From NCBI GenBank assembly GCA_039630545.1, contig JBCNUU010000002.1:190382-254381 (forward strand): a stretch of 64,000 bases of DNA, written 5' to 3'. The DNA is from Endomicrobiia bacterium. Its GTDB lineage: Bacteria; Elusimicrobiota; Endomicrobiia; DTEH01. Shown here piece after piece: positions 1-11,718 of this stretch. The notes below the pieces were generated by a model that made no database searches, was not told the DNA's origin, and was given only the letters and a program-made list of their open reading frames with translations. Positions within the stretch are counted from its first letter, which is position 1. The number at the start of each line of letters is the position of its first letter. Position numbers and translations under genes: made by a program.

Positions 1-1
1 A

Positions 2-919
2 AAAAAAGAACTTTTTGAATTAGTAGATGGCAACCCTAATGTAGATAAGATAATTTTTAAAGATAGCAGAGTTAACTTAATAAAAAATGTTGCGAAAACG
101 AAGCCTTATTGTATAGTTCTTTTTAGAACAACATTTTTTAATTCTTTAATAAGTTTTTTATTAAAACCAAAATTTTCTGTTGGAACGAATGAAGAGTTTA
201 GTAAGTTATTTTTGAAAAAGACAATAAATAAAAATTTGGATATTTCATATAGAGAGTTAGTTATGAAAATAGCTGAAAAAGTTTTAGATTATTTTAGCTT
301 AAACAAAAATGATATATTTTTAGAGATAAAAAAACTGGATTTTTGTGGATATGAAACTGAGGATGTTAAAAAAAATGTTATAAATAAATTAAAAGAAAGA
401 GGACTTGTCAACTCTAAGTTAATAGTTTTATCTCCATGCGCTACTAGGAAAACAAAAATGCTTACTGAAAACCAATATGTAGAGTTGATAAATGGTATAC
501 TAAAGAATCTGCCAGAGGGATATGTTATTGTTTTAACAGGTTCTCAGAAAGATGAATTTTTTATTGGTAAAATAGCAATAAAAATAAACGATAAAAGATT
601 AAGAAATTTTTGTGGAATTTTTAACTTGAAAGAGTTAGCATATTTTTTCAAAATTTCTAGTTTAGTAATTTCTCCAGATAGTGGACCTGCGTATATTTCC
701 GAGGCAGTTGGTACAAAGACGATCATATTTTTTACATCCACCTCTCCTTATAAATATGGTCCTTATCCAGATAATGTTGAGGTTTTATACAATTCGATTA
801 ATTGTAGTCCATGTTATAAAGAAACTTGTAGTAATTTTTTGTGTATTAAAGAATTTGATATAGAAAAATTGGTAGAAAAGATTTTTTTTATTTTAAAAAA
901 TGAAAAAAATTCTGATTAG
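2..919 (+). CDS. GT9 family glycosyltransferase (LPS heptosyltransferase-like), 5'-truncated by the window edge
   Basis: The frame is open from base 2 (KKELFELVDGNPNVDKIIF...). It contains GT9 motifs VISPDSGPAYISEAVG and C-terminal CSPC..C...C. Confidence 0.85.
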   Translation, partial: KKELFELVDGNPNVDKIIFKDSRVNLIKNVAKTKPYCIVLFRTTFFNSLISFLLKPKFSVGTNEEFSKLFLKKTINKNLDISYRELVMKIAEKVLDYFSLNKNDIFLEIKKLDFCGYETEDVKKNVINKLKERGLVNSKLIVLSPCATRKTKMLTENQYVELINGILKNLPEGYVIVLTGSQKDEFFIGKIAIKINDKRLRNFCGIFNLKELAYFFKISSLVISPDSGPAYISEAVGTKTIIFFTSTSPYKYGPYPDNVEVLYNSINCSPCYKETCSNFLCIKEFDIEKLVEKIFFILKNEKNSD

Positions 920-1874
920 AGGTCCAGATACAATTGGAAGTTTTATTCTGGCAACACCTTTTTATAGAGAGCTAAGAAATAATCTACCTAATGACTATAT
1001 TGCTTTATGTGTTAAACCATTAGTTTATGACTTAGCTAAAAACTGTCCATATGTGGATAAGGTGATACTTTATGAAAAAAATATACTTAGAAATTTAAAC
1101 AACATTAAAAATGAAAAATTTGATGAAGCTTATCTTTTATCAGGTAGTTTTGAATCAGCTTTAGTAAGTTTTTTAGCAGGAATAAAAGAAAGGATAGGAT
1201 ATCCTCATGATCATAGAGGAATATTTTTGACAAAAAAGATTGTTGATTTAAACACTCAACACTATATAGACTATACTCTTCATATTTTAGAATCTGTTGG
1301 GTTTTTGATCAAGAACAAAGAACCCGAAATATACATTAAAGATTACAATTCTGGTATATTCGCTAAATACAAAAATTTTTTTGAAAGCAATTCTAAAGTA
1401 GTAGGAATTACTTATACTTCTATTGCTAATGATGCAAGAAAATGGCCTGTAGAATATGTAATAGATTTGTCATATAAACTTATAGAAAAAGGTTACAAAG
1501 TGATTCTGCTTGGGAAAAACCAATCCCATTTAGGACTCAAGATTGAGAATGAGAATTTTTTGGATTTAATAAACAAAACTACAATTTTTGATTTTATTTA
1601 TCTTCTTAGAAATTTGTCAACTTATATATCAGTTGCTACTGGAGGAATTCATATAGCGGCAGTTTTAGGTATAAAAGTTATAGCTCTTTATATTCCTGGC
1701 GATGAGAGATGGTTACCTTACGGGCGAAATGTTTATGTTATTGTAAAACAGGTTGGATGTGCTCCATGCAATCAACACAAAATGAAGTATTGTAGAAATA
1801 ATATATGTTTAAAAACAATAACACCAGAAGAAGTTTTGGAGATAGTTTTAAAAACAGATCTTGATTTAGAATAA
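900..1874 (+). CDS. GT9 lipopolysaccharide heptosyltransferase II-like
   Basis: N-terminal KILIRGPDTIGSFILATPF, SFESAL, ERIGY, ATGGIHIAAVLG, CAPC. Overlaps the upstream GT9. Confidence 0.85.
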   Translation: MKKILIRGPDTIGSFILATPFYRELRNNLPNDYIALCVKPLVYDLAKNCPYVDKVILYEKNILRNLNNIKNEKFDEAYLLSGSFESALVSFLAGIKERIGYPHDHRGIFLTKKIVDLNTQHYIDYTLHILESVGFLIKNKEPEIYIKDYNSGIFAKYKNFFESNSKVVGITYTSIANDARKWPVEYVIDLSYKLIEKGYKVILLGKNQSHLGLKIENENFLDLINKTTIFDFIYLLRNLSTYISVATGGIHIAAVLGIKVIALYIPGDERWLPYGRNVYVIVKQVGCAPCNQHKMKYCRNNICLKTITPEEVLEIVLKTDLDLE

Positions 1875-1909
1875 GAAAATTTATATATAAAATTAAATTT
1901 TTACTGAAA

Positions 1910-2137
1910 ATGATAAAACTGCATAAACTTAATGGACAAGAAATACTTATAAATCTGGATTTAATAGAAAGTATAGAATCCATCCCAGAAACAAAAATTA
2001 TATTAACCACTGGTAATCAATATATAGTTAAAGAGTCTATTGATGATATTATAAAAAAAATTTCAGAATATAAAGCACAAATTGAGATAATAAAAGAAAA
2101 TATAAATAAAATTAAGTTTAAAATTGAAAACAAGTGA
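1910..2137 (+). CDS. flbD: FlbD family flagellar protein
   Basis: [43 protein letters not shown] matches the FlbD family pattern. Confidence 0.85.
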   Translation: MIKLHKLNGQEILINLDLIESIESIPETKIILTTGNQYIVKESIDDIIKKISEYKAQIEIIKENINKIKFKIENK

Positions 2138-2150
2138 GGTAAGAACTCCA

Positions 2151-3908
2151 ATGAAAGAAAAGAAAAAAAGAGGAAGAAAAAGAACAAAGCATCTTGAAAA
2201 ATTAAATAAAAAACCAGAATTGTTAAAACAACTACATAGTGAAGAAATTAAAAAAGGTGCAACTAGAGCCCCTCATCGCGCATTACTTTATGCTGTAGGA
2301 TTATCCCATTCGGATTTACATAAACCATTTATAGGAATCGCTTCTGCTTTTAGTGATATAGTGCCAGGACACATTCATTTAAGAGAACTTGAAAGGTGGA
2401 TAGAAAGAGGGATAGCCGAAGCAGGTGGTGTTCCTTTTGTGTTTGGTGTTCCGGGGATATGTGATGGAATTTCCATGGGTCACAATGGTATGCATTATTC
2501 TTTACCTTCAAGAGAGATAATAGCAGATACTATTGAATCAATGGTTAAAGCGCATTGTTTTGATGGTTTAGTTTTGCTAGCTAGTTGTGATAAAATAGTT
2601 CCAGGTATGGTTATGGGTGCTGTAAGAGTCAACACTAATGTTCCTACTATTGTGGTGACAGGTGGTCCCATGCTTGCAGGTTTTTATAAGGGTAAAAGAA
2701 GATCTCTTGTGAGAGATACTTTTGAAGCTGTGGGACTTTATCAATCAGGACAAATTACAGATGAAGAATTATTTATGCTTGAATGCAATGCTTGTCCTAC
2801 AGCTGGTTCTTGTCAGGGACTTTACACAGCCAATACTATGGCTTGTTTGATGGAAGCTATGGGTTTTTCTTTACCTTATTGTGCAACAACTTTGGCTGTT
2901 TCTTCTGAGAAAAAAAGAATTGCATATGAGTCCGGCAAAAGAATAGTGCAGATGGTTTATGAAAATTTGACACCTTTTAGAATACTTAATTTTAATTCTC
3001 TTTATAATGCTATAGTTGTAGACTTAGCATTAGGAGGTTCGACTAATACAGTTTTACATCTTAAAGCTATAGCATATGAGGGAGGTGTAGAATTAGATCT
3101 AAAAGTTTTTGATGAAGTATCTAGGATGGTACCCAATATAGTGAAGTTAGAACCAGCTGGTGATCTTTATATGGAGGACCTGCATAAAGCTGGTGGAATT
3201 CCTGCTGTTTTAAATGTACTTCAGAAATTTTTGAAACCTAACATTACATGTAGTGGTAAAAACATAATGGAAATAGCACAAAGTGGCAAGGTTTTAGATG
3301 AAGAAGTAATAAGGTATAAAAAACCCTATTCTACAGAAGGTGGCATTGCAATACTTTATGGGAATTTAGCACCTGAGGGAGCTGTAGTTAAACAATCTGC
3401 AGTGGCTCCAGAGATGAGAAAATTTTCAGGTCCTGCTGTTGTGTTTGATTCTGAACAGGAAGCTATGAAGGCTATTTTAGGTGGAAAAATTAAAAAAGGA
3501 GATGTAATAGTAATAAGATATGAAGGGCCAAAAGGAGGTCCAGGTATGCGTGAAATGTTAGGACCTACAAGTGTTCTGCAAGGTATGGGTTTGGCTAACA
3601 AGGTAGCTTTGATTACAGATGGCAGATTTTCAGGAGGAACAAGAGGTCCATGTATAGGTCATGTTTCACCGGAAGCTGCAGCCGGAGGGCCTATAGGAGT
3701 GGTAAAAGATGGTGATATAATAGATATAGATATTCCTAATAGACAACTTAATATAAGATTAACTACTACTGAACTAAAAGCACGTTTAGCAAAACTTCAG
3801 GGAGAGTTAGAAGTTAGGCAAAAAAAATTCAAAACTGGTTGGCTTGCCAGATACTCTGAACTTGTAACTTCAGCATCAGAAGGTGCTGTTTTAAAACCTA
3901 AAAGATAA
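2151..3908 (+). CDS. ilvD: Dihydroxy-acid dehydratase
   Basis: [58 protein letters not shown] 2151 follows GAGG and is preferred over TTG 2124. Confidence 0.97.
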   Translation: MKEKKKRGRKRTKHLEKLNKKPELLKQLHSEEIKKGATRAPHRALLYAVGLSHSDLHKPFIGIASAFSDIVPGHIHLRELERWIERGIAEAGGVPFVFGVPGICDGISMGHNGMHYSLPSREIIADTIESMVKAHCFDGLVLLASCDKIVPGMVMGAVRVNTNVPTIVVTGGPMLAGFYKGKRRSLVRDTFEAVGLYQSGQITDEELFMLECNACPTAGSCQGLYTANTMACLMEAMGFSLPYCATTLAVSSEKKRIAYESGKRIVQMVYENLTPFRILNFNSLYNAIVVDLALGGSTNTVLHLKAIAYEGGVELDLKVFDEVSRMVPNIVKLEPAGDLYMEDLHKAGGIPAVLNVLQKFLKPNITCSGKNIMEIAQSGKVLDEEVIRYKKPYSTEGGIAILYGNLAPEGAVVKQSAVAPEMRKFSGPAVVFDSEQEAMKAILGGKIKKGDVIVIRYEGPKGGPGMREMLGPTSVLQGMGLANKVALITDGRFSGGTRGPCIGHVSPEAAAGGPIGVVKDGDIIDIDIPNRQLNIRLTTTELKARLAKLQGELEVRQKKFKTGWLARYSELVTSASEGAVLKPKR

Positions 3909-3981
3909 TTTTTTATAAGAATTTGTATTATGTTTTTAAAAATTTTCTGAATTTGGTTAATTTTATAAGGAGGAGTTACTA

Positions 3982-5715
3982 ATGGGGAGTAAAAAAAAAC
4001 TAGATGAAGAAAAAACTGGTGCTGAGATTTTTTTAGAATCTTTAGAAAGAGAGGGTGTTGAGATTATATTTGGTATTCCTGGAGGGGTTGTTTTGCCTAT
4101 ATTTGACAAAATTTATGATAGCAAAAAAATAAGGTTTATATTAACCCGTCACGAACAAGGTGCAGCTCACATGGCTGATGGATATGCAAGAGCTACAGGA
4201 AAAGTTGGTGTATGTATTGCTACTTCTGGACCTGGTGCTACTAATCTTACCACAGGAATTGCTACTGCTTATATGGATTCGGTTCCTATAGTTGCTTTTA
4301 CTGGACAGGTTGCTACTTATCTTATAGGAAATGATGCTTTCCAGGAGGCAGATACTACAGGAATAACTAGGCCTATTACTAAACATAACTATTTGTTAAA
4401 AGATGTAAAAGACATGGCAAAAACTATTAAAGAAGCATTTTATATAGCTTCCACAGGAAGACCCGGTCCTGTTTTAATTGATATACCTGTAGATGTTCAA
4501 AGATCAAAAACAAAATTTGTATGGCCTTCTAAGATAGACATCCCTTCGTATAAACCTACTTATAAAGGTCATCCTTTACAGATTAAAAAACTTGCAGATG
4601 CAATAGGTTCAGCAAAGCAACCAGTTCTTTATGTAGGAGGTGGTGTGGTAATATCTGGTGCTTCTGAAGAACTTAAAGAACTTGCTGAAAGGTGTGAGAT
4701 TCCAGTTACTACCACTCTTATGGCTATAGGAAGTTTTCCTTGTGAGCATCAGTTATCTTTGGGAATGTTAGGTATGCATGGAACTGTATATGCAAATTTA
4801 GCAATGCAAAATGCAGATTTAATAATAGCAGTAGGAGCTAGATTCGATGATAGATGCACTGGCAAACTTGCAGCATTCGCACCCAAAGCTAAGCATATAG
4901 CACACATAGATATTGATCCCACAAGCATTTCAAAAAATATAGTAGCTGATATTCCTGTAGTAGGTGATTGCAAAATGGTTTTACAAGACCTATTGAAAAT
5001 TATAAAACCTAAAAAACATCCTGAGTGGTTAAAACAAATAGAGGAATGGAAAAAGAAATATCCACTTTCCTATAAGAATGATGAGAAACTCCGGCCTCAA
5101 TATATTGTTGAAGAAATCTCGAAATTAACTAAAGGAGAAGCTATTGTGGTTACAGAAGTGGGTCAGCATCAAATGTGGGCTGCACAGTTTTATAAGCCTA
5201 AAGGACCAAGAAAATTTTTGTCTTCAGGTGGATTGGGAACTATGGGTTATGGATTTCCTGCTGGAATTGGAGCAAAATTAGGGAAACCTGATGATACAGT
5301 AATAGTAATAGCAGGGGATGGTTCTTTTCAGATGAATATTCAAGAGTTAGCCACTGCTGTAGTGAATGAAGTAAATGTTATAGTTTGTATTATTAATAAT
5401 GGATATTTAGGAATGGTAAGACAGTGGCAAGAGTTATTTTACAATAAAAGATATTCTCAAACTTATTTATGTACCAGAAAATTAGGTAAATTTTATTGTG
5501 AAGTTGTTCCAGATTTTATTGAGGTTGCTAAAGCATATAAAGCTGAGGGTTTTCGTGTTACTAAAAAAGAGGAAGTTGTTCCTGTTTTGAAGAAGGCTTT
5601 AGAAATAAAAAATAAACCCGTAATCATAGATTTTTGGGTAGAGGAAGAGGAAAATGTTTTTCCGATGGTTCCAGCAGGTGCACCATTAGATGAAGTAATT
5701 ACCGGTTTAGCATAA
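3982..5715 (+). CDS. ilvB: Acetolactate synthase large subunit
   Basis: [29 protein letters not shown] motif [23 protein letters not shown]. Confidence 0.97.
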   Translation: MGSKKKLDEEKTGAEIFLESLEREGVEIIFGIPGGVVLPIFDKIYDSKKIRFILTRHEQGAAHMADGYARATGKVGVCIATSGPGATNLTTGIATAYMDSVPIVAFTGQVATYLIGNDAFQEADTTGITRPITKHNYLLKDVKDMAKTIKEAFYIASTGRPGPVLIDIPVDVQRSKTKFVWPSKIDIPSYKPTYKGHPLQIKKLADAIGSAKQPVLYVGGGVVISGASEELKELAERCEIPVTTTLMAIGSFPCEHQLSLGMLGMHGTVYANLAMQNADLIIAVGARFDDRCTGKLAAFAPKAKHIAHIDIDPTSISKNIVADIPVVGDCKMVLQDLLKIIKPKKHPEWLKQIEEWKKKYPLSYKNDEKLRPQYIVEEISKLTKGEAIVVTEVGQHQMWAAQFYKPKGPRKFLSSGGLGTMGYGFPAGIGAKLGKPDDTVIVIAGDGSFQMNIQELATAVVNEVNVIVCIINNGYLGMVRQWQELFYNKRYSQTYLCTRKLGKFYCEVVPDFIEVAKAYKAEGFRVTKKEEVVPVLKKALEIKNKPVIIDFWVEEEENVFPMVPAGAPLDEVITGLA

Positions 5716-5746
5716 ATTTAAATTTTTAAAATATTTGGAGAAAAAT

Positions 5747-6232
5747 ATGACAGAAATAAAAAGACATACAATTTCTGCTTTAGTTTACAATAAACCAGGA
5801 GTATTAGCTAGAATTGCTACGCTTTTTGCAGCTAGAGGTTACAATATAGATTCTTTAGCAGTAGGAGAAACAGAAAATCCTGAAATATCTAGGATGACCA
5901 TAGTAGTTCGTGGCGATGAAAAAATTTTGGAACAGGTAGAAAAACAATTAAATAAACTTATTGATGTTATAAAAGTTTATGAATTTTCAAAAGTACCACA
6001 TGTAGAAAGAGATCTTGCTTTGATAAAAGTGAACGCTACTAATAAAACACGAGCTGAAATAATAGAAATAGCAGAAATATTTCGTGCAAAGATTGTAGAT
6101 GTTTCTCATAAAACATTAGTGTTGGAGATCACCGGTGATGAAGAGAAAATTGCTGCATTCACGGAGTTAGTTAAGCCATATGGTATAAAGGAACTAGTTA
6201 GGACTGGGATAATAGCCATTGCTAGGGGATAA
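5747..6232 (+). CDS. ilvN: Acetolactate synthase small (regulatory) subunit
   Basis: ACT domain [44 protein letters not shown] 5747 follows GGAG. Confidence 0.96.
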   Translation: MTEIKRHTISALVYNKPGVLARIATLFAARGYNIDSLAVGETENPEISRMTIVVRGDEKILEQVEKQLNKLIDVIKVYEFSKVPHVERDLALIKVNATNKTRAEIIEIAEIFRAKIVDVSHKTLVLEITGDEEKIAAFTELVKPYGIKELVRTGIIAIARG

Positions 6233-6240
6233 GTTTTTGT

Positions 6241-7077
6241 ATGAGAATAATTGAGAAAGATGAGTTTTATTTCAATGTAAAAAACTTACTTATTCAAACA
6301 CATTATTTTCTTCCGGAAGATTTAATTTTAGCTATAAAGGAAGCCATAAAAATAGAAGAAGGACTGGCAAGAGATGCTTTGCTTAAAATTTTAGAAAATG
6401 CGGAAACTTCATCTCTTACGAAGTTACCTCTTTGCCAAGATACTGGCATTCCTCAATTTTTTTTAAATGTGGGTAAGGGTATTTGTTTTGATTTCAATTT
6501 GAAAGAAATTTTAGAGAAAATAACATTAGAGGTATATGAGGAAGAGAAATTAAGAAAATCATGTGTAGAGGATCCGTTGTTTAGAAAACAAAATTTTAAC
6601 TTTCCTACAATATTTGTAGAATATGATTCAGGTAAAGAAGAAAAATGTGAGGTTTCAGTTTTAATTCGTGGAGGTGGTTCTGAAAATATGACAAGTTTTA
6701 GTTTGTTTTTACCATCGGCAAATTTTCAAGAAGTTGTAAAATATATAATAAATGAAGTAAAAAACTTACTGAAATTTACATGTCCTCCTGTTGTAGTGGG
6801 TGTTGGAATAGGAGGAACTGTAGAAACAAGTATGTACGCTGCCAAAAAGTCTCTTTTAAGAAAAATAGGAGAGAGGAACAAAAATGAATTTTATTCTGAA
6901 ACTGAAGTGTTTCTTAAGCAACAACTTAACCTATCAAATATAGGGCCTCTTGGTTTAGGTGGCAAAACTACAGTGTTAGATGTTTTCATAGAAATTTTAC
7001 CTACTCATATCGCAACTTTGCCTGTGAGTGTTACTTTACAATGTCATTCATACAGAAGAAGAAGTATAGAAATATAG
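6241..7077 (+). CDS. Fe-S hydro-lyase (class I fumarate hydratase/tartrate dehydratase) alpha subunit
   Basis: PLCQDTG, GGGSEN, CPPVVVGVGIGG, GIGPLGLGG-like motif, THIATLPV, QCH. Confidence 0.9.
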   Translation: MRIIEKDEFYFNVKNLLIQTHYFLPEDLILAIKEAIKIEEGLARDALLKILENAETSSLTKLPLCQDTGIPQFFLNVGKGICFDFNLKEILEKITLEVYEEEKLRKSCVEDPLFRKQNFNFPTIFVEYDSGKEEKCEVSVLIRGGGSENMTSFSLFLPSANFQEVVKYIINEVKNLLKFTCPPVVVGVGIGGTVETSMYAAKKSLLRKIGERNKNEFYSETEVFLKQQLNLSNIGPLGLGGKTTVLDVFIEILPTHIATLPVSVTLQCHSYRRRSIEI

Positions 7078-7084
7078 AAAAAAT

Positions 7085-7633
7085 ATGAAATGTTTTAATT
7101 CTTTAGACATAAACAGTTATAAAATATTTGTTCCAATAAAAGATCTAGATGTACTTTTCTCTTTAAAAGTAAAAAATAAAGTGGTTATTAATGGAGAAAT
7201 TTTAGTATTCAGAGATCAGGTTCATAAAAAAATTGCCTCAGGAGACATGGATGGAATATCCAAAGATGAATTTTTAAATTCAGCAGTTTATTATTGTGCA
7301 GCTACTGAGCCTAAGAGTAATTTTGTTGTGGGTTCATGTGGGCCTACTTCTTCTTATAGAATGGATAAATATACAGAATCTATATTATCCTTAGGGGTAA
7401 AAATAATGATAGGTAAAGGTTACAGAAACGCCGATGTTGTTGAGCTCTGTAAGAAATATTCAGCAGTTTATTTAATCACATATGGAGGATGTGGCGCTCT
7501 TATAAGTAAATGGGTGAAAGAAGCAAAAATAATAGGATTTTCTGAGTTAGGAGTAGAAGCCATGTACAAATATAAAGTGGAAAATTTTGAAGCAATAGTA
7601 GCTATTGATGCGTATGGAAATACTTTATGGTGA
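7085..7633 (+). CDS. Fe-S hydro-lyase (class I fumarate hydratase/tartrate dehydratase) beta subunit
   Basis: RDQVHK, GPTSSYRMDKY, MIGKG, ELGVEA, AIDAYGN. Confidence 0.9.
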   Translation: MKCFNSLDINSYKIFVPIKDLDVLFSLKVKNKVVINGEILVFRDQVHKKIASGDMDGISKDEFLNSAVYYCAATEPKSNFVVGSCGPTSSYRMDKYTESILSLGVKIMIGKGYRNADVVELCKKYSAVYLITYGGCGALISKWVKEAKIIGFSELGVEAMYKYKVENFEAIVAIDAYGNTLW

Positions 7634-7694
7634 TTATTTTTATCCTTTAAGATTGTTGACAAAATATTAAAAAATAAATATATAAGATTTAAGG

Positions 7695-8645
7695 ATGAAA
7701 CTGTTAAAAAATTTAAAAAAGATTCTTTTTCAACCTATTACTTGCATGTTTGTTTTTCATTCTCCCAAAGGTCCCATTAAAAAAAATTTTTCTTTATTTT
7801 TTTTGATTTTTATTTTATTTATCTGGACAATTTTTACAGGTATTTCTGTCTATTTTTCTACTAAACATATAGATTATTGGTCTGCAAAAATCAAATGTTT
7901 GGTATTAGGCTCAAAGTATGAATATTTAAATAAAGAACTTTCAAAAACTTGGGAACTTTTAGCAAGAGTTGAAGAAAAAGAACGGTTGCTACGAAAGATG
8001 TTAGATATGAAGACAAAAAAGAATATAATATTAGGAATTTCAGAAGAAGAACTTGGAAAAGGTGGTCCTTTTTTTAATCAATCTAAGTTTTTACAGCAAA
8101 TTTCTAACTCACCGCAAGATGTTTCTTTGGTTGATTATAAGGAACATTTTGATTTAATTAAGAGATCCATAGAAGAAATTACAAAAAATTGCGATGAAAT
8201 TATTGATTATATAAAATATCAGAAATCTTTATATAAAGCTACTCCTCTTATATGGCCTTGTAATGGTAATGTTGTTTCACCTTTTGGAAGAAGAATTCAT
8301 CCAATTTACAAAATAGAACATTTTCATACAGGAATAGACATATCTAATCAAAAGGGGACTCCAATAGTGGCTACTGCAGATGGTGTAGTAAAATTTGCTG
8401 GCTGGCAAGAAGGATATGGAAAAGTAGTTGTACTGCAACATAATCATGGTTATCTTACTATATATGGTCATTTATCTTCTATAAAAGTTAAAGTAGGACA
8501 GAAAGTGACAAGAGGTGATGTATTAGGATTAATGGGTGAGACAGGAACAGCCACTGGTCCTCATCTTCATTATGAGATCTGGAAAGATAATAAACTTTGT
8601 AATCCAGTAAAATTTTTAGTGCCGGATAATTTTTTTAAAAGTTAA
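7695..8645 (+). CDS. M23 family peptidoglycan endopeptidase with N-terminal TM and coiled coil
   Basis: HTGIDI, YGH, TGPHLHYEI zinc-binding motifs. Confidence 0.92.
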   Translation: MKLLKNLKKILFQPITCMFVFHSPKGPIKKNFSLFFLIFILFIWTIFTGISVYFSTKHIDYWSAKIKCLVLGSKYEYLNKELSKTWELLARVEEKERLLRKMLDMKTKKNIILGISEEELGKGGPFFNQSKFLQQISNSPQDVSLVDYKEHFDLIKRSIEEITKNCDEIIDYIKYQKSLYKATPLIWPCNGNVVSPFGRRIHPIYKIEHFHTGIDISNQKGTPIVATADGVVKFAGWQEGYGKVVVLQHNHGYLTIYGHLSSIKVKVGQKVTRGDVLGLMGETGTATGPHLHYEIWKDNKLCNPVKFLVPDNFFKS

Positions 8646-8677
8646 GTTAAATAAAACAAAAAATCGAGGAGATAATT

Positions 8678-9085
8678 ATGTTTGCTAAAAAAACTACAAG
8701 TGTGCCTAAAGAAATAGAAACTATAATTGGGGAAGGAACAATTTTTCAGGGTAGCATAAAAAGCAAAGGTTCAATAAGAGTAGATGGAAGGTTGGAAGGC
8801 AATATAATAGAAGCATCTCAGGTAATAGTAGGTTCTAAGGGAGTAGTTCAAGGAGATATTACAGCTCATTCTGTAATTATTGGTGGAAAAGTTAATGGTA
8901 ACATTACAGCAATAGAAAGTATTGAAATACAACCCGGTGCACAACTTTTAGGAGATATTCATACATCTACTTTGGCTATTGGTGAGGGAGCAATTTTTGA
9001 GGGACATTGTGTAATGTCTTCTGAAAAGACAAAAGTAATAGAATTAGATAAAGAAATTCCACAAATTACTCAAAGAAAAATATAA
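8678..9085 (+). CDS. Bactofilin (polymer-forming cytoskeletal protein, CcmA family)
   Basis: TIIGEGTIFQGSI...RVDGRLEGNI...GAIFEGHC. Adjacent to M23, a known conserved gene pair. Confidence 0.92.
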   Translation: MFAKKTTSVPKEIETIIGEGTIFQGSIKSKGSIRVDGRLEGNIIEASQVIVGSKGVVQGDITAHSVIIGGKVNGNITAIESIEIQPGAQLLGDIHTSTLAIGEGAIFEGHCVMSSEKTKVIELDKEIPQITQRKI

Positions 9086-9090
9086 AAATT

Positions 9091-10020
9091 TTATTTTAAA
9101 ATTAGAAGAACTATTTCTAATATTTCAGATAAATAGGGTAATAAAAAAAGAACAATAGCTGTCCCCCAAAAAATCTCACCTAATGTAAAAGAAGTTTTTA
9201 TATTCATTTTTTCCAGTATAAGATAATTTATAATTGCTGATGGTAATATAGATGTTAAAATAACACTCTTAAACAATCTACAATCTAAGGTATAAATGGA
9301 GTTTATTATATATAATAAAGCAATTCCAGATATGAATATAATTATTACTTTTAGTAAATTAATAAAAATGTGAAGTCGGATATTACTTATCAGATCATTC
9401 CATTTTAAAGAATATCCTATATAACATAGCATTAGAGGTGAAATAAATGGTGAAAAACTTAGGTGTATTTCTTCCATAAGTTTGGGTATTTTTATAGAAG
9501 TTTTATTTAAAAGAAAAGCTATCAAAAACACATAGATAATTAAATAAAATTTTAGATCTAATATATTAAATTTTTTCTTGATTATGTATATACCGAAGGT
9601 AAATTTAAAAACAGTAACAATAACAGAGTAAATTATAGTATAATATGTTGCTTCTGAAGATACAAAATACTCAGTTACAGGTATTCCTAGATATAATGTA
9701 TTCATAAATGTTAGGGGGAAAAAAACTTCTTTAAAAGAAAAATCATAATTTTTTGTTATATAATTAGTAAGACAGTAGGAAGTTAAAACTACAATAGCAA
9801 ACACAGGTAAAATGGATATTAGTGCTTCTTTTTTTAATCCATACTTCCATAAATTTACACCGGTAAAATAAGGTACTATTCCGAAAATAATAAAGTTAAT
9901 TGCGTAATTTATAAAATGATTTATATATTTTGTCTTCAATTTTGCCAAAATAAGCTTTATTATAATACCCACAAATATCCAGAAAAAAATTTTAAGTGAT
10001 GAAAATATAAATTTTTCCAT
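9091..10020 (-). CDS. AEC (auxin efflux carrier)-family membrane transporter, divergent
   Basis: Multiple TM segments; NTLYLGIPV and LPSAI motifs typical of the AEC repeat. Confidence 0.7.
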   Translation of the reverse strand: MEKFIFSSLKIFFWIFVGIIIKLILAKLKTKYINHFINYAINFIIFGIVPYFTGVNLWKYGLKKEALISILPVFAIVVLTSYCLTNYITKNYDFSFKEVFFPLTFMNTLYLGIPVTEYFVSSEATYYTIIYSVIVTVFKFTFGIYIIKKKFNILDLKFYLIIYVFLIAFLLNKTSIKIPKLMEEIHLSFSPFISPLMLCYIGYSLKWNDLISNIRLHIFINLLKVIIIFISGIALLYIINSIYTLDCRLFKSVILTSILPSAIINYLILEKMNIKTSFTLGEIFWGTAIVLFLLPYLSEILEIVLLILK

Positions 10021-10074
10021 AAAATATATTGATTTAAATATAAATTTTTAGTATAAAAATCAACCTTAACTACT

Positions 10075-10683
10075 ATGGAAATAAAAATTTCTGCTAACAG
10101 AATGAATTTATTGAAACTTCGTAAGAAACTAAGACTTGCTCTTCGAGGTCATAAGTTACTTAAAGATAAACAAGAACAACTCACTAAAGAATTTAACAGC
10201 TTAATATTTAGACTTTTAAATTTGAGACATCTTATGGAGGAGCACCTTAAAGAGTTATATGAATATATAAAAGTAGTCTTGAAATATAAAAATTCTTATG
10301 AATTAACACAATTTTTTGAACATGTATTTGCATTTGGCAATTTTTGTTTAGAAGAAAAATTTTTAAATAAATATAATATAGAATTTAAAAACTATGAAAT
10401 TAAAGAGCAAAATTTTGATGTCTTATCAAGTTCTGATTTTTATCTCAATTATATTGTAAAAAAATTAAGACAACTTTATAATATTATAATAGAAACAAGT
10501 AATTTAGAAGTGTTATGTGAGTATATAGCTAAAGTGCTTCAAACTACAAGGAGGCGTGTAAATGCTTTAGAGTATATTTTAATTCCTCAAATTAAACAAA
10601 AAATAAATTTTATATCAAATAAACTTAATGAATTTGAAAGAACAAATATATCACAGTTAATGCGTATAAAACAGTTAATGTAA
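10075..10683 (+). CDS. V/A-type ATP synthase subunit D
   Basis: [22 protein letters not shown] and [15 protein letters not shown]. Confidence 0.9.
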   Translation: MEIKISANRMNLLKLRKKLRLALRGHKLLKDKQEQLTKEFNSLIFRLLNLRHLMEEHLKELYEYIKVVLKYKNSYELTQFFEHVFAFGNFCLEEKFLNKYNIEFKNYEIKEQNFDVLSSSDFYLNYIVKKLRQLYNIIIETSNLEVLCEYIAKVLQTTRRRVNALEYILIPQIKQKINFISNKLNEFERTNISQLMRIKQLM

Positions 10684-10691
10684 AAGATATT

Positions 10692-11408
10692 ATGTTTAAA
10701 AAAATAAAAGAAGACATAGAAACCGTTTTTAAAAAAGATCCTGCAGCAAAAAGTGTATTGGAAGTGTTGCTTTGTTATCCGGGTTTACATGCAGTGTGGC
10801 TTCATAGAATTGCCCATTGGTTTTATAAGAAGAAAATGTATTTAATAGCACGGATTATCTCTCATATAAACAGATTCTTTACAGGAATAGAGATCCATCC
10901 GGGAGCGAAAATAGGCAGAAGGGTTTTTATTGATCATGGTATGGGAGTAGTGATAGGAGAAACAGCAGAAATAGGTGATGATGTTTTAATGTATCAGGGA
11001 GTCGTATTAGGCGGTGTGTCTTTTTCTAAAGGAAAACGACATCCCACAGTGGGAAATAATGTAATAATAGGTGCTGGTGCAATATTGTTGGGTAATATAA
11101 AAATTGGAGATAATGCCAGAATAGGTGCAGGTTCTGTAGTTGTAAAAGATGTGCCTAATGGAGCAACTGTGGTAGGTGTGCCTGGAAGAATAAGTCTTGG
11201 ATTTACTTTAGAACAGATACATCTTTTAGAACATAATAAACTGCCAGATCCTATAGCAGAAGGTTTTGAGTTTATAATAAAGGAAATTAACAGATTAGAA
11301 GAAAGAGTAAAAAAAATAGAAACACTTGAAGGAATAGCTACTCAAATAGATGAATATTTTGAAAAAAAGAAAAAAGAAATAGAAGAAATTTTTAAAGATA
11401 AAACTTGA
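10692..11408 (+). CDS. cysE: Serine O-acetyltransferase
   Basis: [47 protein letters not shown]. Confidence 0.96.
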   Translation: MFKKIKEDIETVFKKDPAAKSVLEVLLCYPGLHAVWLHRIAHWFYKKKMYLIARIISHINRFFTGIEIHPGAKIGRRVFIDHGMGVVIGETAEIGDDVLMYQGVVLGGVSFSKGKRHPTVGNNVIIGAGAILLGNIKIGDNARIGAGSVVVKDVPNGATVVGVPGRISLGFTLEQIHLLEHNKLPDPIAEGFEFIIKEINRLEERVKKIETLEGIATQIDEYFEKKKKEIEEIFKDKT

Positions 11409-11439
11409 AAAAAATAAATATATTTTTATATAAAAATTA

Positions 11440-11685
11440 ATGAAATCCTCTAAAACTACATATCTAAAAGAAAAAACAAAAAAACCACAAAGATACTTTT
11501 TACCCGAACAAGAAATAAGCCAAACAGGTAAAAAAATAATAATTTTTAGTGTAATATTGCTTACATGCGGTTTTATTTTATTAAAATTTACTAATCCAGA
11601 AGGAAATAATTGGGCAAGTGTACTATCTCCCTTTATAATAATTATTTCTTATATTCTTATAGGTATGGGAATAATGGCAAAGTAA
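11440..11685 (+). CDS. Small two-TM membrane protein, unknown function
   Basis: 81 aa ORF filling the gap, with two hydrophobic helices around TNPEGNNWAS. Confidence 0.65.
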   Translation: MKSSKTTYLKEKTKKPQRYFLPEQEISQTGKKIIIFSVILLTCGFILLKFTNPEGNNWASVLSPFIIIISYILIGMGIMAK

Positions 11686-11718
11686 AAATAAGAAAAATAA
11701 AACTATAGGAGTAAAATT

